Source of the DNA: Octopus sinensis
Taxonomy: Eukaryota
NCBI RefSeq assembly: GCF_006345805.1
Contig: NW_021836311.1
Coordinates: 1 to 64,000, forward strand
Direction of reading: 5' to 3'
DNA length: 64,000 nt
Shown: piece after piece, positions 13,678 through 26,171 of the stretch
Position numbering within the stretch: position 1 is the stretch's first letter
Layout of the letters: the number at the start of each line of letters is the position of its first letter
Notes under the pieces: model-generated
Told to the model about the DNA's origin: nothing
The model's input: the letters and a program-made list of their open reading frames with translations, nothing else
Databases searched by the model: none
Made by a program: the position numbers and the translations under genes

Positions 13678-16081
13678 TATATGTGTTTGTGTATGTATGT
13701 GTGTGTATGTATTTTGCGAGAGAGAGACAGACAGACAGACAGAAGATGTGTGTGTATGTGTGTGTCTACACACGCACATCTTCATCTTCTCTTTCTTTGA
13801 CTATCTCTCTTTCTCACTGTCTCTCTCCCTCTGTGTCCTTTCCCTATCTATCTATTTATCTTTTCTATTTCATTTTGCCGGCCTTATTTACCCATCCTTT
13901 ATTAGATATGACATTATTATCACCACTTGATAAAGAGACATGCCACTTCATAAGTAGTCGCAGCTAAAGGGAGCAGTCTTCTCTTGGCCCCTTTAATCTA
14001 TGGGATAGTGCTTTGATTCAAGGGAAAATAATAAATGAGAAACAGGATTTGCTGTGAAATGTATTTAAAAAAAACAAGAGCAAAACAAAAGCAAAGCTGT
14101 TATACGATACAACTTATTCGAAATATTTATTTTAATAATATTCTCCCTCAATCTCATTTTCTTATAATATTCAAAGGCAGCTCTGAACCCACTCCCCGTT
14201 TTTGTCCTTATTATTTCTCACTATGGAAACCGAAAATTTAGGGAAAGGAAATTTTCTGATGTTATTTTCAGTGCTGGGAAACAAGTGACTCGAAATTCCC
14301 TCTTTACGGCGTCTGTACTAACTGATTCTAAGATTCTGTCTTGGGTAACTAAGGATACTGAAATGATTTCATGATTTCCAACAAGCAAAATACGACCAAA
14401 TTTGTCGATAGAATAATGACGATTAATTCAATCTCGGTATATAAAAGTATATTTAATTTATGTGTTTTTGGAATGTAATCAGACGTAAGTTAATGACATA
14501 AGAATGAGCTCAAATCCAGCCAAAGTTCATTTTCTCCTTCACACCACAGTGCTAGATAAAATATAGGATTCAAGTATAGTGCTCTATGCAATCGATTAAG
14601 CTTTTTCTTAATACCAACGGCATTGTATCTTTCTAATCAATTGTCTGTTATACTAGCAAATAAAAGGGCAAATATTTTGGAGAGAGGTTTATCAAACCTT
14701 ATTGGTATTTGTCTCTCTTATCCATCCGTGATGAATAAAACAGCAAAAATTATCCCAAGCAAAATTTGGACAAAGAATTATATACATGGTTGTATCTAAA
14801 TGTTGCCAAGCAATTTATACGCAGTTCCAAGCACATCAGCTTATCCAGTGACATCTTACATATACTAATATATTAATTTTATAGGCACAGTTATTGAAAA
14901 CAAGTTCAATCGGCTGGCGATGAACGCTAGATTTAGTAGAGTGCCTCTTACATAATTCTAGTAAATTCCGCCCGACATAACCTTCAATTATATTTTCATT
15001 CACTTCTTGGATATGCTATTTAGAATATAAATACAACTTTAGCATTTGTACTTTTTTATTGTTTTTGCTTGTTTCGGACCCTTAACGTTTGATGGAAATG
15101 ACAGCATAAATGACAACAGTACAGGAGTAGTAATTTATCAACACGAAAGACAAAGTTGATATCGTTGCTATTTGAACACAGAGTGGAAAGATCCCGAACA
15201 AACACAGCAAGGCATTATATCGGATGTTCATACGATTTGGCCAATTTGCCATCTTAAATATTTGTGTCCCAGGTAATTCTCCCGACGCTCTAAACTATGG
15301 AACATTTGGTAATGAAGACCTTGAGACACAGTTCTTAAAAATTTATATTTGGATATTTTAACACCTTACAGACGTAGGGGAAACATTCAAGGCCTTTTTT
15401 TATCAGGGCATACGATAATGACGGAAGAAAACAGGGGTAAGTTATCCCCAAAACTGGAGGCCTGACACGAATGTTAGCAAAAGTGTGGAACCTGCAAAAA
15501 GCAGCTAAAGGACACGTAGTAGTTTAAAGCCGGAAACTGATTTAGATCAACTACAGATTGTATGGCCTTGTGTCTAAGCTGGAAATGCATTGTAATTAGG
15601 TTAGTCACTAAAGGAAAGAGTAAGATGTCTTGCAGAAATCATACGTGACGAGTAAATACATTCCTTGCACCATGAAATCAAATCCCACCTGTTTTGAATT
15701 GACTCTTGACTTGCCATTTGTGTGTGAGGAGGGCGGAATGAAATCAACACTAGATGCTATTATATTGGTTATTGTTAAATTTCAGAGCGAAGTCATCCCT
15801 GATCGAGCAGACCAATGAACGAAAGGAGTCCTAACCCGACTTGTAAAGATGTACAAAGAAACCAGATCACATTTCCAAAAAGTATTTTTTCTTGTTGTTT
15901 TTTTTGATTTTTTTAAATGTTAAGATGGTAGAATTATGATTTGAACTGTAAATACTTCTTTTAGAGGAGAGAATAAGCATGAAGAATGTTCATTTTGGCA
16001 TAGTTAGTAGCAGTCAAGTATTGAGGTCTGATGTAGTTTCGACTAACATGATTATGTATGTATGTACGTATGTATCCATCC

Positions 16082-16158
<77 letters not shown>

Positions 16159-16176
16159 CCTATCTACCTACCTATC

Positions 16177-16206
<30 letters not shown>

Positions 16207-16210
<4 letters not shown>

Positions 16211-16380
16211 GGAGTAAGCACATAAATGTGAAACAGGGTGGGAACAAGGATACTCAAACACCAGAGGAAGAGTAATATGCTTTATTGAAAAACTGTTACT
16301 CAGAGTTTCACGAAACTGCGACGAACGGAAACATGAAACTCTGAGTAACAGTTGTTGTAATATTTCTGCTGCTTTCTAAT
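16207..16380. mobile_element. PLE-type terminal-repeat fragment with internal inversion and decayed minimal hammerhead, between TA/CA microsatellites
   Basis: Perfect 20-bp inverted repeat 16291-16310 / 16334-16353; + strand AACTG-CGACGA-ACG(gaaa)CAT-GAAA-CTCTGAG-TA-ACAGTT. Confidence 0.6.
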
Positions 16381-16413
<33 letters not shown>

Positions 16414-16417
16414 CATG

Positions 16418-16449
<32 letters not shown>

Positions 16450-16605
16450 CATGCATACATATATATATACATGCATACATACATATATACATGCATACAT
16501 ACATATATATATATATATATATACACATGCATACATATATATATACATGCATACATACATATATACATGCATACATACATATATATATATATATACACAC
16601 ATGCA

Positions 16606-16643
<38 letters not shown>

Positions 16644-17049
16644 ATACACACATATATATGCATACATACATAAAACTAGGTTGATGTTATTGATATTGTT
16701 GTTGATGTAGCTGCTGTTGTTGAAATCTTCACAATGTCTTTTCGATCTCCATTTTGTTTTCCTTGTCGTCTTAAATTATTATTTATACTCGCTGTGTGTG
16801 CGGTACGTTTTTTTTTAACGTATATTTATTGCTCTTTTTGTTATTATTTTTGTAGTTGTTTCCAATACCCCCCTCCCACCTGCACACTTTGTTTTTTTTT
16901 TCTTTCTCGTCAATGGAGAGGCTGAGGACGGTCGTTGTACACCCTAAATTCAGATTAAATTTAAAAGGTCTTTTCCCCGAGACACTTTCAGCATACTTGT
17001 CAACGCTAATCCAGATAAGACCCTAGCGACACTATTTAAAGTCTTTGGG

Positions 17050-17085
<36 letters not shown>

Positions 17086-17352
17086 GAGGGGGAAAAATCC
17101 TTTTGTTCTCCCCATCCTACCCCTCACCCTTGTCACACACACATACATGCGCAAACAATTGGCTCCTCTCCTTGCATCATTATAAATTCACTGATCCCTT
17201 GTTTTTCCTTTTCTTTTTCATTGTTGTCGTTCAGGATTTTCTTTCCTTCATTCATTTAACTTACTATAACAAGATTTGTGCTTGTTATTGTTATTGTTCG
17301 TTTTAGTTTAGTGTCTGGCTATAATTGATGGTACACGCGTTCTTGTGACTTC

Positions 17353-17390
<38 letters not shown>

Positions 17391-17433
17391 TGTGTGTGTG
17401 TATATATATACACTATATGCATACAACATTATT

Positions 17434-17499
<66 letters not shown>

Positions 17500-18669
17500 C
17501 ATATATATATATATATATATGTAGTTATATGTATGTATGCATGTGTATATGTGTGTTTGTGTGTGCATGGGTGACTGTGTTTTAAGAGATAATTTGTATT
17601 AAGTTTTCATGGCTATTTATTAACGCTTTTATAAAAAGAAAAGTCGCCTGTATCATCATCATCATCATAATCGTCATCATCATCATCAGCAGCAGCAGTA
17701 GCAGTAGTAGTGGATATGGTGGTGGTGGTGGTGGTGGAATTGCTGCTGCTGTTTCTCTTCGTGTTAATGTTGTACAACAGCCACTGTAATTCGTAAACAA
17801 ATGCCAGATTGTAATGAGGACAGATTTACCATCTACATATGTTGAGGAAGGCTTTAACAGCAGGCGTTGGTTGTGTTATTTTTTAAAGTTTTTATAGCTA
17901 TTACAGAGCCTCTTTCTCCCGTAGTATAAGCGCCTTTCTTAAACCACCATTTTGCGTCCTCCTCATCGTCCTTATAGTTCTTTTTCTTCTTACAATAATG
18001 ATGTTGTTGTAATTGTTGTTTCTGAAAATGGGCGCCAGAATGGGTTCAGGGATTACTCCTGCTGTCTGCCGGGCTTTCAGAACCTTCACCAAGGAGCACC
18101 ATAGATAAGACAAGTTTGTCTTGTATTGTGCATGGTATTATTCGATGACAGCGCGTGCATCTTGTCATTGCAGTCACGTGATTTTATAGTCTTTGCCATT
18201 GTCATCGGCGATGACGTAATTAACGCTGTCAAACGCTATTGACAATATTATAGGGGATTTGGACAAAATGAAGACCATAGCGTGTCACTGCTACGGATGT
18301 CGTTGTCTTTACCAATTAGATATTTCTGCTTTGTTCACGTCTTTCCAAATCGTTTTGTTAATATCCTCTTTTGCTTTCATTCATCGCCATTTTCATACGA
18401 CATTTTTGTCAATAATTTCATCATTATTCTTATCAATTACACAATCAATTAATTAAGAACATTTCAAAAATATTACTCTTTTTTCATTTTCGTGTTCTAA
18501 CTATTCATTCTGTCGGAGAAAAAGAATAATAAAAAGAAACAACGTAAGAATGCAAGTCGCAAAATTAACTTTTAAAACTCTTCGTTCTCAAGTTCAAAAG
18601 CTTATCGAGATCAATTTTATAATCATCTCATATTCATTAAGTGAATGATATGTACCTAATCTATAAATA

Positions 18670-19241
18670 TTGGGTCGTCTTGGAAGTTCGTGTCGATTTT
18701 TAAAGGAAAGAAAAGGGTCAATAAATACTTGCCATTATATTTTTAATCAACCAAATATGAACCACTTTGTTGTACAATGCGTCTCCATCTTTCTTTTAAC
18801 TTGAAAATACCCTCTTCCCAGAATTGATGTGGTTTCATAGCAAAGAAAGAATTCATGAAGGTATCTTTTTACGTCATCCAAGGAATTGAAATTTTTTACT
18901 ATTAAGACTATTCTGCAGAGACCTGAATAAGTGGAAATCCGAAGGAGCAATATCTGGTGAATATGGAGGGTGGGGTAACACATCCCAGCCAAGTTGCAGC
19001 AATTTTTGTCTGGTTCCCAAAGCATCAAGTGCCGAAAATGAGCTTTCTTATCTTCCATTTTAAAAGGTTACAGAATTAACACTGGTTATAGGAACATAAA
19101 CCTTCTTCCACGAAAAGATAGCTTAAACTGTGCTCTAAATGGGGGTGTAATCAAATCCTATTTTATGGATTCAACCATGTTCTAAATAAGTCGAAAGAGA
19201 TAAGCTACTATAAATCGGCACGAACTTTCCGGACAACCCAA
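18670..19241 (-). mobile_element. Non-autonomous mariner (DD34D-type) internal-deletion derivative, 572 bp
   Basis: 30-bp TIRs (5 mismatches) flanked by TA at 18668-18669 and 19242-19243; N-terminus MEDKKAHFRHLMLWE fused to LGWDVLPHPPYSPDIAPSDFHLFRSLQN...FWEEGIFKLKERWRRIVQQSGSYLVD (frameshifted). Confidence 0.92.
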
Positions 19242-20087
19242 TATTTTAATTCTCTTCTTTAATAGAACATACTGTTGCATATTGTCCCACCATGTCAGCA
19301 ATTCCCGACTGCAGTTTATAGTAAAACTTTAAGAGAATGGGTATCTTTCCTCACCGGCCGTAGAAGCTAGTTATCGTATATGCAAGTAGCTGTTTAGGAA
19401 GTTTAATAATGTAATTATACGCATATAAATCAAATTTGAAATTATTTTTTCCTTTAATTCATATAGACACTGCTGATGGCTACAATTAATATATAGCAGG
19501 TTGCCGAGCTCTCGCACGGAGTAAATTCTTTGATTACCTAAATCAAGATGTATGCAGTGATTTTCATTTGTCCCTAGTTACCACACACACACACAAACGT
19601 GTATATGTGTAGATATATTCTCCGGACACGACATGCTTTTAGTACAAAATTGTTCAAAAGTTATATGATGCTTCATCAGCAGGTTAATAAAGATACACAC
19701 ATCGTCATATTAACTGGCCTAATCTTGACTTTTTTCTCCTGTTATTTTATACCGCTCTTTGCTAAATAATATCCACAAAGATATGTTCTTTATCATTGCA
19801 AAGTATTTATTACTATAATTACATTTTTGATGGCGATTTTGGTGATTCGAAAACTAGGTGATTCGAAAACTAACTGAAAAGAATTTCACTGATGAATTGA
19901 AGGAATATTTCTCTTGCAGTTTCGAATCTTCCGTATATTTTTCGTTTTAATCCCAGTATACTTACAGAAGGAATAAAATTCTCCTATGTTTCTATTCTTC
20001 TATTCCGATGGTGGGGTAATATAGTTTTGTAAAAGCTTGGATTTCAAGTATAACATCACAGAAGAGGATGAATACGAACATACGTGG

Positions 20088-20164
<77 letters not shown>

Positions 20165-20281
20165 TTGAGAGAGAGAGAAGCAGATAGATACATACATAAA
20201 CCTAATTTCATATATATTTTATCGAGCTTTCTCCAAAACACAGCACAAAACTGTTAGTTATAATTGCGCATTTAATTACAG

Positions 20282-20327
<46 letters not shown>

Positions 20328-20363
20328 CCTTGGTTTTTATCTTATTACGCAAAAGATTCTTAT

Positions 20364-20396
<33 letters not shown>

Positions 20397-21194
20397 CTAT
20401 ATATATATATATTATATATATATATGTATTTACAGATGCGCACGCACATATATGTGTCTATGCACGAGCGTATAATATTACGACAGTTTTCTGAAAAAAG
20501 TGCGTCTCGGTCTTTTGTGAAACAATAGCCAAAAACGTTTGCAAGTTTTTAATAGAAAGTATGGCTTCGCATTGTGAGTGTGTCTGTTTTAGTCAGTGTG
20601 TCTGAATGAGAAACGTCTTTTATGTATGTTTCTTTGTCATCTACAAAAAAAAAAGTTTCCGGATGGTAAAAATGGCTGACAGATTTTTTTTTTTTTTTCA
20701 ATTTTCTTTTTCGTTTTCTTTCTTTTTTTTCTGTATAATTTCTTGTGTTCTTAAAGTTTTATTAGTCTGTAAATATACTTGAAAATCCAGAGAGGCTTGA
20801 AGAAACGTATTTGGCTGACAGAAGACAGATAGAAGATTGATTCGAACTTTTGAAATAAACTAACAACAACAACAACGACAACGACAACGTCAATAGTAGC
20901 AACATCAATTACTACTTCGACTAAATCAATAACTAAATGAATAACAAGAACAGAAATAAATGTGTACGAATAAGGATTCTGTGTACTCATTACCTCTTTT
21001 TTTTTGTTTTTTGTTTTTTCGTTTGGCTCAAGGCCTTCATTGTCGACCTAAGACATAACAATGTTAAAAATGATGATTTTAAAGAAAGTCGAGTGCAATT
21101 TGCTTGCAGGAAAAAAGAAAAAAAGTGATATTTTATAATGTATGTATGTATGTATGTATGTATGTATGTATGTATGTATGTATGTATGTATGTA

Positions 21195-21255
<61 letters not shown>

Positions 21256-22307
21256 TGAAAAAGATTTTTAGAGAGCAAATGAGAAGAAGAAAGTAAGGCG
21301 GTGAAATACTAAAAGCTAAAATATAAATAGACAGTAGGAAAGAAACTATAGTGGGGGAGGGGGTGAGAAAGGGAAAGAGAAAGAACAGATACATTTATGT
21401 ACATTACTGTTCTTCTGCTAATCCTACTGGGAGATGGAACAAAGAAGAAAAGAAAATGATATGCACTTTCCTTCATTTTTCCATTTTTTGTTTTTGCATT
21501 GTAAAAAGGTAGACGCATTTTTAAAAAAAGATATACTTTATGAATAACTATGCTAGCTGTATTCGTTGGAAGATGATTAAAAGTAGAACTGGAACATGTA
21601 TGTTAGGATCAATTTTTATATTTTGGTACAAAGATTTTTATAGCATTATCTAGGTAATTGCACCGTTTGCAAGCTCTCTGGAAGATATCCCTAATTTTCA
21701 ATAATTTTTCCATATAGAAAGTCAATTCTTACTAAGACAACTCATATTTTAATTTGACACTTACGTAGACTATTTATGAATTAAATATAAAATGAGCAGA
21801 TATACTTTAGCTGTTCATGAGTTTGATATTGTTAGGCAGAACACTGAAATAATTAGGTTTTTTTTCCTGGTTTCAGTCTTTGTATTGTAGTCAGGGAAGG
21901 AGCACAGCCTAAAGGTTTACGCTATGATTTGAAATAAAGGAATGCTCACAGTATGATTCCACACCGCATGTAATTAACTTATGACTTCTGAATGTCAATT
22001 TGCGATGTATTCAAAGGCAAATTTTTTGGAATTTTTTTCCCTTGTTCGCGATTCGTTTAAGGTCACAACTAGGTTAAATCGTATGAAACGGCATCGATGG
22101 AAGGAAAATAGAAATGCTTTCATTTCTTAATTTCAGGATTTACCACTCAATTTTCATAATTCATAAATACTAAGCTAAAATAAACGCCTGATCACAGAAG
22201 TCACAGACTCTCCCGTTGTGGACGGCAGATAAGGGTTCCGCAGCTTCTTGTCGAACAATCTGCACAGATGATGTGGTTATAGCGTCGTGTTATTTGTGCT
22301 AAATATT

Positions 22308-22505
22308 AAGGCGGCGAGCTGGCAGAACCGTTAGCATGATGGGCGAAATGCTTAGCAGTATTTCGTCCGTCTTCATGTGCTGAGTTCAAATACCGACGAA
22401 GTCGACATTGCCTTTTATTCTTTCGGGGTTGCGATGTTATTGACTATTCACAACCAACACCACTACCACCACAAATCTTGTGCCTGTAGTAGAAAGGATT
22501 ATTAG
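22308..22505 (+). mobile_element. SINE group A (A1)
   Basis: AAGGCGGCGAGCTGGCAGAA head, GAGTTCAAATACC B-box, GTAGAAAGGATTATTA tail. Confidence 0.8.
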
Positions 22506-24178
22506 CGCTAAATATTAGCACACTCCTTTCATGAAATCGACATCGTGTGTCCAGGTCCTCGGTGTGCCACACGTAAGATGTCGAAGTTATCGCAGAGCAA
22601 AGGGAAACGAAGTGTATTGCTGAAGAGCTCTGCTCAGTCAGAAAATCGAGACCAGTTTCATGATCGTGAGTAGAGCATTTTGAATACTAGGTCACGGGTT
22701 CTGCTAATCACAGAACTTGAAGATATATAATATTCGCCTGCTGTTTCTCAAATACAATTGAACTTTTCCGCCTCGATGCAGTTCGGCAGGCAAATTCTAC
22801 TCTAAATCGCACACATTTTGAAAGCAAAAATATAATTATGATATAAACCAGTAATAATAATATATAAGTACCACACTGTACATTCATGGATGATAATAAC
22901 GAGATTTTGTAATGTTCACGTTTTTGTATTTTCTTTTCGCAAAGGATTTGGCTTAAAAGAAAAGAAAAAGTTGCTGCAACCCGAATAAAAAAAGACTGAT
23001 TTGTTTGGTATATTTCCAGAAGCTTATAATAAAAACTGTAGTGAGCTCTAAATGTAATTACTTCTAGAGTGCTCTAATAGCAATTATAATTATAAGAGTT
23101 TCTAGAATAGGCACAGAAATGCATAAGATGGTCGATAATATCGACCATAGTTTTTCACTAGTACTTTCTGTATCGACCCACAAAGAAGAAAGGGAAAGCT
23201 GGTTGATAAAGTACCAGCGGGATTATAAACTGAGAAAATAAAGGGATATAACTACATGTAGTAAGTTGTTTATTGCTACACCTATAACCACCCCCACCCC
23301 CACTACGACTATCACGAAAATAATAATTAATGATAACAACAACAACAACAATATAAACAAGAAAAACAATTAAATCTGCAACAGGAATGACGGCTGGACA
23401 AAAGATGCAATGTTCCTTTTGTTTAAAAAAAAATCCTTTTCCTTTCTTTCGCTCTCTCTCTCTCTGCGTCTGTCTGTCTGTCTGTCTCTGTCTTTTTTTT
23501 TCAAATATTAGTTGTTTTCTCCGAAGCCCTTGTTTGTTCTCGCTTCCATCCTCTCTTTCTCTCTCCCTCACACTCTCTCTCTCTCTCTCTCTCTCTTTCT
23601 CCCTATCCCCTTCATATTCACATTAGCACCTTTCTATTCCCTCTCTCTCACTCTCAGAATTCTCACATATTTTTTGCCGATTGCATCCCTTCTCTCTATA
23701 TTTAACACACATACACAGTCACACACTATCCATCTCTATAAATCTGTCTCTTTCTCCCTCTCTCTTTCTCCCTCTCTCTCTCTCTTTAATCGTCTCCTTC
23801 TTTCTCTTCGTCTCTCAGTCTCCTTGCTGTGAAATTGCTTTCTCTAAAATTAGCTCGGTCCCTATCAATCCTTTCAGAAAAATCGATCTTTCGCTAATTG
23901 GAATCCTTCTGGCTGTACACATTGTCATTAGTATCGATTGAATTGTTGCAAAAAAAAAAAAGTTTTTAAAAAAGTGTAAAAATAAAAGACAAGCAAGCAA
24001 AGACGGCCAAAACGACTGACGGACAGACAGACAGACATTCCATCCAACATACAGACAGACATGAGATAGAGACAAAATAGGTGTTCGGAGAATAGGCAGA
24101 AATCGCATCGTTTCAACGATCAACTGTGTTGCATATACCTTAATGCGCATACTCTTGTATATTTACGAGTGACCATAT

Positions 24179-24245
<67 letters not shown>

Positions 24246-24644
24246 GGGGCAACAGGTAGGGGAGAAGAGATAGAGAGGTGGGGGATACAGGCCAAAATGT
24301 GCAATTACATATGGTGGGCTAGAGATTTCTATTTATATATGAAGTATTAAAAGGTAAATGTTCTTAAAATTGTGTATTTAGTTTGTGTATATATGTGCAT
24401 ATATTATTCCATTATTCTGTTACTTGTTTTAGTCATTTAACTACGGCCATGCTGGAGCACCGCCTTTAGTCGAACAATTCGACCCTAGGACTTATTCTTT
24501 GTAAGCTTAGTACTTATTCTATCGGTCTCTTCTGCCAAGATACGGAGACATAAACCCACCAACATCGGTTGTCAAGCGATGGTAGGGGGCAAGTACAGAC
24601 ACACGAGCAAAAATACATACATTTATATAATATATATATATATA

Positions 24645-25682
24645 CTACTTGAACGGCATACAGACGCGTTTCGGGGTATTGCCCCTTTTCAATGCAGCGT
24701 AGCCAGCCAGTAGGTGTCGCTTCCGACAATCTCTGTGTTCGATGGTTTTATTTACCTAGTTTCGGTGGAATACATCCACTTGTTTTCAATAATAGAAATA
24801 TTAAAATAACTACTAAGTCTCTCTAAAAGAGAACAGCGGCAGCGTTCCGGGAAATAATAGTTATCGCCATACTAATATGGCATTCTTATAAAAATAAGAA
24901 AAAAGCTGTCCGCTTATTAGCTCCATGAGGCCATCGCCTTAAGTTAGCTATTTGATACACAAACTGTATCCATATACCTTCGAACAAGGGAGGTCAGTCG
25001 CTCCACACTACTTGACCGGCAGCTACGACCGCGTTTCGGGGTATTGCCGCCTTTTCTTTCAATGCAGCGTAGCCAGCCAGTAGGTTCGCTTCCGACAATC
25101 TCTGTTCGATGGTTTTATTTACCTAGTTTCGGTGGAATCATCCACTTGTTTTCAATAATAGAAATATTAAAATAACTAAGTCTCTCTAAAAGAGAACAGC
25201 GGCAGCGTTCCCTCGAAATAATAGTTATCGCCATACTAATATGGCATTCTTTATAAATAAGAAAAAAGCTGTCCGCTTATTAGCTCCATGAGGCCATCGC
25301 CTTAAGTTAGCTATTTGATACAAAACTGTATCCATATAACCTTCGAACAAGGGAGGTCAGTCGCTTGTCGAAGGTTTATTGGATACAGTTTGTGTATCAA
25401 ATAGCAACTTAAGGCGATGGCCTCATGGAGCTAATAAGCGGACAGCTTTTTTCTTATTTTTATAAGAATGCCATATTAGTATGGCGATAACTATTATTTT
25501 CCGGAACGCTGCCGCTGTTTCTCTTTTAGAGAGACTTAGTATTTTAATATTTCTATTATTGAAAACAAGTGGATGTATTCCACCGAAACTAGGTAAATAA
25601 AACCATCGAACAGAGATTGTCGGAAGGCGACACCTACTGGCTGGCTACGCTGCATTGAAAAGGGGCAATACCCCGAAACGCG

Positions 25683-25683
<1 letters not shown>
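24645..25683 (-). mobile_element. Hammerhead-bearing ~363-bp monomer: two tandem copies plus one inverted copy; PLE pseudo-LTR / retrozyme-like
   Basis: Unit 1 24645-25007, unit 2 25008-25364, inverted copy 25365-25683; each carries the HHR motif; no transposase or RT ORF; flanked by (TA)n on both sides. Confidence 0.7.
24652..24702 (-). ncRNA. Minimal type I hammerhead ribozyme, U3-A8 core variant
   Basis: CGCTGCA-TTGAAAA-GGGG(caata)CCCC-GAAA-CGCG-TC^TGTATGC; predicted cleavage between 24663 and 24662. Confidence 0.7.

Positions 25684-25684
<1 letters not shown>
25645..25684 (+). ncRNA. Inverted copy of the same hammerhead, lacking the 3' strand of stem I
   Basis: TTGAAAA 25655-25661, GGGG/CCCC 25662-25674, GAAACGCGT ending 25683, then (AT)n. 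Confidence 0.6.
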
Positions 25685-25722
<38 letters not shown>

Positions 25723-26171
25723 ATATATATAAATATATATAACGGGTTTCTTTCAGTTTCCGTCTACCAAACCCATTCATAAGGCTTTGGTCGGCCCGAG
25801 GATATAGTAGAATACACTTGCCCAAGGTCCCACGCAGTGGGACTGAACCCAGAATCATGTGGCTGGTGAGCAAGCTGCTAACCACACAGCTAGTCCTGCG
25901 CCTGCACGCATATATAAATATATATATTGTATGAGTGTTTTTTTTAATGTTGAATGCATGGGTGTATGTTGACGGGTCCGCGTGGTACTCGTATGCACAC
26001 ACACACACACACACAAAGATATTAACTGCAGTGTTGCATTTGCTGCGTGCTGAGAAACGTCTGTTTTGCACACGTGACTCTCAGTGTCTTGCATCTGTAT
26101 GTATGTTTGGCTGCAAAGTGGATTAATACTGTACTCAGCTGTGCATGATTGTCTTATACATATTAACACAT

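Larger units (their letters stand above)
24415..25903 (-). mobile_element. SINE group B split in its central (TA)n by a 1.04-kb insertion
   Basis: 3' half at 24415-24640 and 5' half at about 25735-25903 are collinear with intact group B copies. Confidence 0.85.

Noticed and set aside
17901-18113. 70-aa ORF and local hairpin (CTCCT...AGGAG)
   Set aside because: No recognisable domain, splice context or RNA family motif.
19841-19872. 16-bp tandem duplication GGTGATTCGAAAACTA
   Set aside because: Ordinary local slippage.
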